Shown in pieces: positions 24,211-36,479 of a stretch of 64,000 nucleotides of DNA. The DNA is taken from contig NW_021833074.1 in the NCBI RefSeq assembly GCF_006345805.1, positions 1 through 64,000 of the forward strand, given 5' to 3'. Numbering within the stretch: position 1 is the stretch's first letter; every line of letters starts with the position of its first letter. The translations under genes were made by a program, and so were the position numbers. Source of the DNA: Octopus sinensis. Taxonomy: Eukaryota. The notes under the pieces are model-generated. The model was given only the letters and a program-made list of their open reading frames with translations, was not told where the DNA came from and did not search any database.

Positions 24211-24545
24211 CATACATACATACAAACATACATACACATACATGCATATATATACATACATACATACATACATACTTACACACACGCACACACATATACA
24301 TACATACATACATACACATACATGCATATATATACATACATACATACATACTTACACACACACATACACACATATACATACATACATGCATACTTACACA
24401 CACACACACACATATATATATACATACATACATACATACATACTTACATACACATACATGCATATGTATGTGTGCGCGTACAGATATACATATATATGTA
24501 CATATACACAATTCTATATGCATAGAAACACATACGCACACTCAT
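24140..24545 (+). repeat. Compound (CA)/(TACA)/(TA) microsatellite
   Basis: Direct reading of the sequence. Confidence 0.9.
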
Positions 24546-25174
24546 ACACACACGTACACAGGTATAGACACGTTATGAATGTGAAGTCTTTCAGCACTTA
24601 AAGATAATGCGAAGTTTTTCAGTATTTAAAGAAAATGATACAAAAACATATATCCTGATATTTGGCCCGCAACATGGCCTTTAGTCTAACACGCTGATCC
24701 GTTGTCACCTTCATAAATTTTCTCCCTCCTACCAGCCGCAGGTATTGAATCATGGTTGTAATCCGCTTTGATAGAATGCTGCCGCCTGCTCTAGTTGTCT
24801 CCCTTTGTCAGTTAACGCCAATATTTTTCTTGACATTATTTTTGAATACAAACTTACATATATAGATAATGCCTACTCTTCTACAGGCCATTAACCTGTT
24901 GTTTTCAACACAATTCCTTGTAAGTGGGCAACCATGCAATAAACGACATCTGATAACTCAGGCGTATCAACTATCAATCCGGCATTGAATTCACAAATCA
25001 AAAGTGTCATATGTGAAGTTGGAATGTCTTCATGTTGGACACACACACACACACACACACACAAATTCATACATATAAACAGAGAGATAAAAATATTTAG
25101 ACTGTGTAATAATCAGAGCTCTCTCTCCCTCTTCTTCTACCCCTATCTCTCTCTCTCTCTGTATATATACATAC

Positions 25175-25218
<44 letters not shown>

Positions 25219-25462
25219 TATATATATATATATGTATATATATCTACATAAATATATACGAATACATAAATACGTATGAATACATACATAGCTACCTATC
25301 TATCTCACGCTTTATCTCTCTCCTCCCTCTCTCTCTATATATATATGTGTGTGTGTGTGTGTTTGAGAAAAAACCGAGTTACAAACATACTTTCCCAATG
25401 AAACTCGGTTTTTTCTCAAACCTTTTATAATGTGATACAAGTCTTTGGTGTAGCAATTGTAC

Positions 25463-25555
25463 GCGGGTGAAGAAGGTTTTTTGATTTGGCTATTATATCA
25501 ATTATGCATTGATGTAAGAATAAGTTGTTCTATAAACCCGAAACATATGTACCAC
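25463..25555 (+). ncRNA. Degenerate hammerhead-like fold with ~60-nt stem II loop
   Basis: gcgg-GTGAAGA-a-GGTTT...AAACCC-GAA-ACATATGT-A-ccac. Position 3 is not complementary to position 8. Confidence 0.4.
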
Positions 25556-25669
25556 AAAATCCTTTGCGTCCTGTTTTTCATTTATTTAAATTGATACATA
25601 TATCCTATCACCTATACCACTAACTGGCCTATACAGGTGCTTACATTTATCAAGTATTCACCCTGAATT

Positions 25670-25742
<73 letters not shown>

Positions 25743-26049
25743 CATACATATATATGCACCTGCATATATTTATATGTATACATATTTGTGCCTCTATAGA
25801 TGTGTATACTAGATATAAAATATCTATAATATACATATATACATGATATAGATACCGATATATTAAAAGAGTATTATATACAATGATACATACATACATA
25901 CATACATACGTACATACATACATGCATACATACATACATACATACATACTTACATACATACATACATACTTACATACATACATACATACATACATACAAA
26001 TATGTGAAATCGTGTGTTTAAACAGACATTTTTATTTTGCGAGATTGTC

Positions 26050-29000
26050 ATTTTTCTTTTTTGCCAAATAAACGCGCTATATATTCATCCTGCGCTTCAG
26101 ATTTCTTGTTGTTTTTATTTTATGTTCTTTGTCAGAAAATCTTTATCACATCTCCTGTGACCTCTTCAGAACTCTCCATCCCATGTACCTCTTGTTCTGT
26201 TTAGTCCATTCTGCCTTTCTATCAAAAGACAGAATCGAATAAACAGGATAGGAGCAGATACTTGCCCTAGAGGTCTTCAGGCCTTTCAACCTGTCCCACC
26301 ATACAACCCCTTTTAACTAAGGCTACCAGACAAAGAAACACTACCTGTCCTTAGCGGGCAAAGGAAAACGGTGGGAAAATCTTCACGGTGGACTCAGCCG
26401 ATAGCTGGATCCGTCCTATACACAACAGCAAATGTTCAACATAAACTCACAATTCAGCAATCCTCGGGCACAATAGTTTCATCACTCTGTGCTCGTCCGG
26501 TAAGTCCTGCTGACGGCACTACCACGACTGTAGAGTTTATCCCGAACTGGAAATACCCACCGGCAGCACTTCCAAGCCAGAGGTTTCTGGAAATTATCCA
26601 TAGACGCTGGACCCCAAATCCTCCGAAACAGACCGTCGACGCCCCGCGTCTCCCCGAGAACGGCGTCGCACTTCCCCAACCATAACTCTCTATAGAATAC
26701 CTGAAAGGAACTTCCACCGTAAGCATTACCAGACTGACAAAGGAACCGAAACCATGATAACGACCGCCAATTATTGGTGGTCGACCCTATCTAAAGATTT
26801 AGATTGATCCAAATTGATCAGAGCTCCACCCATGCCAGGTTCCTTACCCACCCTGCTATGATGCATTACATGAAGTGGCGGTTGTCATGGATGGATCTGC
26901 TTGGGAATGCGCATGTTTGCACATCAATCAGTTTCTCGACAAGCACCAAACTCTTTGCTGGCACTTTGGCCAAAATTTTGAAATCCGCATTCAGCTAAAT
27001 GAGGCTAAAACTTTCTATTGGATTCCCCTTGAGTGGGTCCTTTCTCAGTAATGCTATCGCTCATCGACTCACAGAATAAGGAATGCTCTAATTCTGTTGC
27101 CAGTTGCTTTAGATATCTGCAAAAGGTCGCCTTGCTTACGAACCACATGATTTCAGGTTCAGTCCCACTGCGTGGCATCTTGGGCAAGTCTCTTCTGCTA
27201 TAGTCTCGGGCCGACCAATGCCTTGTGAGTGGATTTGGTAGACGGAAACTGAAAGAAGCCTGTCGTATATATGTATATATATATGTATGTGTGTGTATAT
27301 ATTTGTGTGTCTGTGTTTGTCCCCCCACCATCGCTTGACAACCGATGCTTGACAACCGATGCAGTTCGGCAAAAAGAAACCGATAGAATAAGTACTGGGC
27401 TTACAAAGAATAAGTCCCGGGGTCGATTTGCTCGATTAAAGGTGGTGCTCCAGCATGGCTGCAGTCAAATGACTGAAACAAGTAAAAGAGTAAAAGAGTA
27501 AACAAGTCATATAAAAATAAAGCTCGTAAGGCAGACCATATAAACTAGGCGATTTGCGACTCCGTGCAACCATTCATCACATCACGTATTTCTGTATCTG
27601 TTATTTGCATTTCGCATCACTCCGCTCGCCCTTGCCGAGGTAGGAACTGAAGTCTAGCCTGCGTTCCGGTCTGTCATTCGTTCCAAACAGTTGGGCGGAG
27701 TGCTAATGATATGGCGCGCACATCTGCTTGGGATCGCGTACAGTACAACCATTTTGGTCCACCAAAGACCGAATTGTGGTTTTGTTCCCATGTTGCACCT
27801 CTGTCACTCGGGCGCATCTAGCGGTTTTTGCTCCTTCTTGTCTCAGAGCATGCACCTTAGCTCTGGCAATGCAACCATCGTGCTTAACGTTGAAGAATTG
27901 CTCCAGGACCAATCTTGCGGCCAACATGTCGGTTGCAATGCATTTTTAAAGCGCTGTGACAAACATTCTAAGTTCCTCTCGATTCCATTTCTTTCTGTCA
28001 TTAATGCCTTACTAAATCTAACTGATTCTACTCTAATTGTCCTTTACAGGGCAAGCCACCATTTGTTGTTGACGATTGCCATCTCCCCTCAACTCTTGCT
28101 TAATTTTCTAGTCCGGTCGTTGGAAGCTTGGTATGCTTCTAGTGACCAGACCTCTGCTTCGAAGCATATCTAGGTCGACCGTACAGATTACAAATTTGTG
28201 GTCTGTGCAACTGACGATTGTGGAAAGTGGACAGGTTATACAATTTTTATCTTCTGGCAAACACAATATTCTGTCTAGGTACGACCTAGATGACCCGATG
28301 TGACTCGTCCTCGTCCACATTGGCACATTCGGGAAATTCTGTCGATACCTGTAACACAGTTGGAAATGTTTGAGCAGGCTTGCGAGGTTTTTACCATCCC
28401 TTCTTCTGTCCGCTAGGGCATACAATTCAAACGTGGCTCTAAAATGGCGTTCCAATTTCCTACTAACATTAACGGTCGAGACATTCGTAGGAAAACCTCA
28501 AGAAGTCTGAAGAAATCCGGTTATCCTGCTCCTGTCGTAGCATAAGCAGCCACCTGTCTGAATCCCGTCACTACTTTTCTCATCCAGGACCACCAACTTA
28601 GCTTCTGGTTGCAGGAAAATAGTCCTTATCTTAAGATCCAGACCTCTCCAGAACAACACTGCAGTTCCACCTCTCAGTCACAAGTTGACATAGAGATAAA
28701 TATATTTAGCAGCCTCCAAAAATGGCCAATGAACACTTGTCGGTTGGAGATTCTGTTTTCACTGACAACCATTGCATCTACACTTAGTTACTTGAGTTCG
28801 TTTAGCTTCCAAAGTGACCCCCAATAGGCCACGTGCATTTATAATGCCCGTCCTAAGCAAAGCCACGTCAGATTAAGGAGTAGATGCTGAAAAGGTTAGA
28901 GTGATTTTGTTGGCGAGCGGGGAATAGATGTTCCGTTCTCATGACTTATATGTGGATGTTTCCACGAGCCGTTCTTTATACAGTATTTTCTTGATGTTTG

Positions 29001-29500
29001 TCCTGAAAGCCCCTATTCCTTCGGGATTTTTAGCCTTTATGGTGTTTTGTGGTGTTAGGATCACTTTTATGTGTATCGATATGTTATTTGCTGGTTTGAT
29101 AAAATCGGTGTGTGTGTGTGTAAAGTCTGTATGGTTATATATGTTTTCAACCAGTTCTTTATTGTCAGTGTTTATTGCTGTGTAATGTTTCAATTTTGCT
29201 GTTATTGAAATGTGCGATCTGAGAGTTTTCTGCTTGTGATGGTGATGTCTGTGATAGTAGTAGTAGTGACGGCACTGATGGTGATGATATTGTTGCTGAT
29301 GGTATTGGTGTAGCTGCTATTGGGGCTGGTATTTGTGTACTTGTTCTCAAAGGCCTCTTTCCCCTCTGGTCAAACCAACCAGATTTTTGTGTTGAGGTCG
29401 TTGAGTTTTTGTTTCTTTCCTTTTTGTTACACCGGCCGACTTTTTACCTTTTAGAATTTTTGTTCTTCCCGTTTACCACGGGACATATCTGACTGATCCG
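26050..29500 (-). mobile_element. Decayed near-full-length L1/Tx1-like element (ORF1 remnant, APE, RT, C-terminal part) interrupted by a SINE
   Basis: Minus strand gives SYLDRIL...DHKFVICT (APE, ~28100-28450), LNADFKILAK...NLDQSKSLDRVDH (RT, ~26780-27000) and FPVRDKLY (C-terminus, homologous to 52224-52616). Confidence 0.7.
27130..27503 (+). mobile_element. Family A tRNA-derived SINE
   Basis: Homology to 9935-10330. Confidence 0.8.
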
Positions 29501-29553
29501 AACACGGAAGAGATATGCCTAGCTAATATTTTTGTAGTTGTTCTGTTGATAAT

Positions 29554-29865
29554 GGAGGCGCAATGGCCCAGTGGTTAGGGCAGCGAACTCGGGGTCGAAG
29601 GATCGCGGTTTCGATTCCCAGACCAGGCGTTGTGTGTGTTTATTGAGCGAAAACACCTAAAAGTTCCACAAAGCTCCGGCAGGGGTGTTGGCGACCCCTG
29701 TTGTACTCTTTCGCCCCAACTTTCTCTCACTCTCTCTTCCTGTTTATTGAGTAACGCTGCAATGGACTGGCGTCCCGTCCAGCTGGCGGGGGGGGACACA
29801 TACGCCACAGAAACCGGGAAACCGGGCTCATGAGCCTGGCTAGGCTTGAAAAGGGCGACGTTTAT
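29554..29865 (+). mobile_element. Family B tRNA-derived SINE
   Basis: GGAGGCGCAATGGCCCAGTGG head. Confidence 0.8.
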
Positions 29866-30174
29866 CGTTATCTGTTGATAATAAATTTCTTGTCTTTTCT
29901 TTGGGGGGGGGGGGGGGTTCAGATACTGTTGTTCTAACTGCTGTCTGGAATGTTGAAGCCATAGATTTTGGTAAGTTTTCGGTTGTCCTTGTTGCTGTTA
30001 CATCCACTATTGTTGTTCTTTCAACTGCTGTCGGTGCTGCTGTGATTACTGTTGCTACTACTGTTACTGTTGTTTTTGCAGCTGTAGTGGTCATCTGCCT
30101 CTGCTGGTGTTGGTGCTGTTGTTGTTGATGTGGTGGTGGTGTCGGCAAAAGTATGTGGGGTTTCCATTCTCTCC

Positions 30175-30305
30175 TCATTTTATCGAACCCGAGAGGATGA
30201 AAAGCAAAGTCGACCTCGGCGGTATTCGAACCCAGAATATAAAGATGGACGAAATGCCGCTATGCATTTTGCCCGGCGTGCTAACGATTCTGCCAGCCCA
30301 CCACC
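30175..30305 (-). mobile_element. Family C SINE (partial)
   Basis: GCAAAGTCGACCTCGGCGG body. Confidence 0.75.
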
Positions 30306-30429
30306 CTTCTGGGGACGAATACTGAATAGTTGTAACCCCCTCCCGCCAAAAAAAAATTCAGATGTAATAATGTATTATTTCTTTCGCTGTTCGTTAAGTA
30401 TGCAATACACGCATTCCTGCCTTTTCTGA

Positions 30430-30481
30430 TATATATATACATTTATATACATATATACATATATATATATGCATATATATA

Positions 30482-30529
<48 letters not shown>

Positions 30530-30558
30530 TATGCATATATATACATATATATACACAC

Positions 30559-30602
<44 letters not shown>

Positions 30603-30609
30603 ACACACA

Positions 30610-30686
<77 letters not shown>

Positions 30687-31467
30687 GGTTATGTATGTGT
30701 GTGAGTGTTGTGTGTGTGTGTGTGTGAGTGTGTGTGTGCACGTTGTGTGTGTGTGAGTGTGTGTGTGTGCACGTGTGTGTGTGTGTGCGGTATGTAGAGA
30801 TATATTTGAGTGTGTACGCTATAGGTTTGTAATTTGTGTGTGTATGTGTGTGAAAAAATATATGTATGTGCATGTATGTATGTACATGTTTATATATATA
30901 TATATATATGTACATATATGTGTGTGTGTGTATATTTATTTGCATGTTTATGTGTGTATAAACATGTACATTATTTGCATGCGCATTGTGTATATGTATA
31001 TTGTATGTATGTGTATTGTATATGTATGTGTACAATTAAGTGGATATATGTGTGTGTATGTGTGCATTGTATATATGTATGTTGTAGGTGTGCTATATAT
31101 GCATGAATGCATGTATATGCATTGCGTGTATATATATGTATGCATTGTGTATGTATGTTATGTGTGTGTGTGTTTATATATATTATATGTATGCGTACGT
31201 GTATGTGTATGCATTGTATGTATGTATGTTGTGTGTATATGTAGTATATCTATGTATGTGTATGTAAACACTATTTATATGTATACATGTATATATGTAT
31301 ATGCATTGTCTATATATATATATATTATATGTATGTATTGCGTACGTATATTGCATGTATATATTGTGTATGTGTATTATATACGTGCTGTATGTGTGTA
31401 TTGTATGTGTATATATATGCTAGGTGTATTTGTGTGATATTTATATTATGTATGTATGTGTGCGTTG

Positions 31468-31508
<41 letters not shown>

Positions 31509-31725
31509 TGTTGTGTGGTGTATGTGTGTATATATGTGTGATATTATATATAAATACATGTTATATTTGTGTGCGGTGTGTATATATTATATATGTGGGT
31601 GCGTTGTGTATGTGTGTGTGTGTGTCTGTGTGTGGTGTGTGCTGTGTGTATGTGGTGTGGTTTGTATACTATGTGTGTGTATGTGTGTGTTGTGTGGTGT
31701 GTGTGTGTGTGTATATATGTGTGTG
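30430..31725 (+). repeat. (TA)n followed by a ~1-kb degenerate (TG)/(TATG) tract
   Basis: Direct reading of the sequence. Confidence 0.9.
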
Positions 31726-32626
31726 ACAAACAGACGCTATCTGACCAGCAGGCAAGACACACACTATTCACACCCACACACTAACCTCCTGATAACCCCA
31801 AAACCATTGATGCTTGAAGGGGAAGTATACACCACACTGGGTACATATCTTTTTCTCTCAATTCAACCGTTCTGCTTAAACAAACAGGTCAGTAAAACGT
31901 ATTCTCGCCTTCAACTTAAAATATTCTGAGATGTATAAAAAATCCATTTTAATTTTTGCTGGCAAAAGACTGTATATATATACCAAAGATTGTATATATA
32001 TACATGTAATGTGACAATTTGCGACAACCAATAATTAACGCAACCAAATTTCCAATAATATATTTGTTTTATCCTTTTCTGACAATCTTTTACCAAAGAG
32101 TGAAACCGGTTAAGTAAATAAACATCGTTTAAATTGCATTTTCAAACCTTTTTTCTTATATATATATATATATATCAACATCAAACAAATTGAGAATAGT
32201 CTTAGTTGAATGCTGGTCCAAATAGGTGACTCAGTGAAATTAGAAACGTTGAATTTCTATAATACAATTATATAATATACAGTCATATAATATAATGTAA
32301 TATAATGTTATATATGCACGCACACATGCACACACATACATAAACACACCCGTATGTATGTCATATTTAAACACACACACACATACACAAACACACACAT
32401 AGATCCTTTCTATGCTTTCCTTTGAAATTTAGTTAAATTCTTAGAATTCGAAATGCTTCATACACCATGACAAGGTTATTCCTTTGTCAGAAACCACGCA
32501 GTCGAGTGTTTTGTGAATTAGTGAGTGTGCTAATTTGTTGGTGTGTATGTATGTATGCATGCATGATTTTGTTATAGGGTGTGAGATTTTACAATACTGT
32601 AAATAATAATAATGGTATTTACAGTA

Positions 32627-32675
<49 letters not shown>

Positions 32676-32897
32676 ATTATATATATATTCTTGTTAAGAT
32701 CCCTTATTAAGAGATTATCCTTAATTGTTAAACTTATTCCGAAATACTTTTCATTATCCGACATGCAGTTCGTAAGAAGCCCGCCATTTACCGGATATAT
32801 GATTTATAAACATTCCATGTGCTTGGCCGGAGTGAGCAGTTGTCTGTTCGTCTTCGCTACGTAAGGTTGGTCGTTTATTTATGATGTGTTCAGAATC

Positions 32898-32955
32898 AGT
32901 TCTGCTGACGATCATTAGACGTAAGTTGAATGTGAAATCACGGTGATACAGAACT
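32898..32955 (+). ncRNA. Type-I hammerhead ribozyme fold with canonical core
   Basis: agttctg-CTGACGA-t-CATT(12 nt)AATG-t-GAA-ATCAC(g)GTGAT-A-cagaact: 7-bp stem I, 5-bp stem III, AUA site. Confidence 0.8.
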
Positions 32956-33073
32956 AAATTCATTTTTTAAATGTCTTGCTTTGAAAAACTGCATTTGGGT
33001 ATGATTAGTATAATTTTGGTAGTAATGACTTTGTCCCTCCTAGTGTGAGGCATTTATATATATATATATATAT

Positions 33074-33140
<67 letters not shown>

Positions 33141-34322
33141 TGCGTGCGTGTGTGTATACTAGCTTAAGGTGACCCGCTCTAGCGCGGGTAAGGGTGTGGT
33201 TGTTACTTTCTGTTGCTTCCTTTCTGCTTTTTATCACCACATTCTCCCTTTTTTCTCTCCCCTTTCTCTCTCTCTTTCCCACTCTCTCACTCTTCATTTC
33301 TCTCGGATTCTCCTTCGCTTTCTCTTATTCTCTATCTTTCTCTATCTCTCTCTCTCCCATTTATAAACAACAAAAGATCTTGAGTAAGTTGAGAAAGAAA
33401 ATATTTTGAAAGATCAATCATAAATATCAGGCAGTGACAACGGAAAGATCTGCTTCAAGGTAGACAGCAAGCATTAACATTTAAAAGGGACAGACGAACT
33501 TGCGAGCTGAATAAGAATATAAAAATATTGGAAACCAAAGTTTGAAGGGATAGAATCTGAGGATAGTAGAGTCACCATGACTGGCATTTCTTAACCACGG
33601 ACAGCCATGTAGTGGCAGTTTAACGGCTGGCATTTCTTAACCACGGACAGCCATGTAGTGGCAGTGTAACGGCTGGCGTAAAATTTTGAACTTGATGTAA
33701 AATAAAATTCCTAAACACCAAGTTTTGAAGTGATTCTTTCTCACGACAGTAGACTCACTATGGCAAGCATTCAAAACTTCTTCATCATGGACGGCAACAC
33801 ATTGACGATTTAAAGGCTGGCGCAAATTTTTTTACCTTGATGTAACAGAGAATTCCTAAACACCTGCTCCTGCAAATTTTAATCCCCTTCAAGCCCCATT
33901 TAGACCTGTTTTCACATTTTGGTTAATATGACCCGATTTCATTCGGGTCTACTCGGGCCACATTTTATAAGATGAGGAATTTTGTCCTAGAGGTCACGCC
34001 TTTCATTTGAGGAAAAAAATAGTTCCCATGCAAACTCGCCAGCACTTTTAACATAGGTGTGCATATTTTCAGCTCAACCGACCACATAATGCACACATTA
34101 TATATATATATATATATATATAAGCATTAAATATATATGTACATATATACGCATTATATATACAAATGTATATATACATTATAAATACATATTTATATAT
34201 AAAACACACAGACACACACATATATAAATTAACCCAATAAATATCTGATTCATAATATTTGTTCTCATGATTGAGTGGTGCTTGTGGTGATAATAATTCT
34301 CTCTATGAATGCAGACAGACGT

Positions 34323-34353
<31 letters not shown>

Positions 34354-34985
34354 CGAGAGAGAGAGCGAGAGAGAGAGCGAGAGGATGTGGAAGAAAGAGT
34401 GAAGGCGGTGGGGGAAAGATAGTAGACACTGTCAAACGACGTTATAGAGAGAAAGTGATGGAGAGGGAGGAAAGAGAGAGAGACGGAGGAAGATAGACAC
34501 ATAAAAGAATGAGAGAAGACTTGTCAAAGTGTGCGTTTTTTGCCCTAGTAACCACACCTTACTTCTCTGTCTTTCGCAAGCCGATTTTTCACATGCGTTC
34601 TAACTAATTTTTCCACCGTCTAGGCCTAAAAAAGCCCTTATTGTTGGTTCCCTGTCCTGTTATTCCTTATTTGTACTGTTTTTTCTACTGTTTTTTCTTC
34701 ATTTGTATTGCCTTTACGTCCTGTTCTTGTCACTTGTTTTACCCCTCTGCAAAAGAATTTTATTTAATTCCTTTTGCAGGAAGGATTGTTTCGGCCTGGC
34801 CGTGTTCTTCCCTTACCTTCGAAACACGCATTGAGTCGAACCAGGGGCAGCTGATGAAGAGGAATTTCCCTTGTATTGTTTGTCCTGTACTCTGTTTTTC
34901 GTTGTTAAAAGAAGTCCGTTCCTCCTTGTTTGATTTTATGTTTTCGTTTCTCGTTGTGTTCTACTTTATTATTTGTGGTCCTGTA

Positions 34986-35028
<43 letters not shown>

Positions 35029-35330
35029 TTGTATATATACATATAAATGTAAGTATGTACATATATGTATGTATATATGCATATATTTTATTTATTTATT
35101 ATATTGTTATTATATGACCGAACGCACGCGTCGTTTCTCTTCAAGTAAGTTTTTATATATATATATATACATACATACATATATATATATTTGTATATAT
35201 ATATAAAATTTATAAGTGTAAATTATTTAAATAATTTTTTTTTAACTTTTATATTTTTAAATTAGTTTTATGTATTGGCTTATGTTTTTCCCTGTTTGAT
35301 TTGCCTAATAGTGGTTTTATCGCTAATTTA

Positions 35331-35385
<55 letters not shown>

Positions 35386-35399
35386 ATATATATATATAT

Positions 35400-36410
35400 T
35401 TCTCTGCCAATTCATCTCTTTCCTTTCCAACTTTCACCCCTCTCTTCAATTCACCTCCACCATCTCCAACACCTCTGTCAACTTCCTTGACATCTCTCTC
35501 CGCATCGATCACCCCTCCAGCTCTCTCACCACCACCACCGCCTTTTTTAAACCTACGTTCCCACCTCTATCTCAACTTCTCTTCCTCCCACCCCTTCCAC
35601 ACCAAACGAGCCATCCCCTACTCCCAGTTCCTCCGCCTCCGACGTTTGTGCAGCCGCGACCAGGATTTCGAGACCCAATCTCAATACCTGGCCCGCATGT
35701 TCAGACTCCGAGGTTACCCACCCATACTCCTCTCTGATGCCCTCACCCGCGCCCGTCGCATCGACCGCACTACCGCCCTGTCTCCTTACCCCCCGCCCAC
35801 CCCCCAACCGCACCCCCTTCCCCCCCTTTTCCACCCCCCTCTACCCTACCCCTTCGTCGCAAGATACTACGTGCCTTCCGTCGCCTCCAGCTTGATCCCA
35901 CCACCCGCCCCATTTTCCCTAACCTACCCCTGTCCTCTTTCAAACGAGCCCGCAATCTGCGTGACCTCCTGGTCCACAGCACCCTCTCTCCTTCCCCCTC
36001 AGCCCCACACGGATCATTCCCTTGCTCTAGATCCCGCTGCAACACTTGCCCCTTCATCACCAACACCACCGCTGTCACCGGCTTCAACCTGCACACTGTA
36101 CGCATTAGGCACTCTTTTACGTGCACCTCGTCTGGCCTTATTTACTGCATTAAATGCAACCTATGCGGGATGCTGTATGTAGGACAGACGGGACGCCGGT
36201 TGTCCGACCGTTTCACTGAACACTTGAGGGACGTTCGCCTACACTCTCTTTCTCTCGTCGCACGCCACTTCCGCTCGGCCGGCCATTCCCTAGATGACAT
36301 CTCAGTGTTTGGTCTCGCCCCCCACCATGGTCGCCCACTTTCCAGGCTCCACTTGGAGCAACGCTACATCTTCACCCTACAAACTACCACCCCACGGACT
36401 TAACACAGCC
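35400..36410 (+). mobile_element. Penelope-like element: RT thumb plus GIY-YIG endonuclease
   Basis: YLNFSSSHPFHTKRAIPYSQFLRLRRLCS and IYCIKC..CGMLYVGQTGRRLSDRFTEH. Several frameshifts. Confidence 0.9.
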
Positions 36411-36479
36411 CCCTCCTCTTGAGATCCGTTTTTTTTTTTTTTTTTGTGACACACCACCCCACCCCATCCACCCACCTAC

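Noticed and set aside
24600-25020. Coding-looking minus-strand stretch
   Set aside because: No recognisable motif, stops in all frames and no convincing splice sites. It needs a translated search.
30394-31929. Tyr/Ile/Val/Cys-rich ORFs, and all similar microsatellite ORFs in the track
   Set aside because: Translations of (TA)n, (TG)n and (TAA)n with no domain content.
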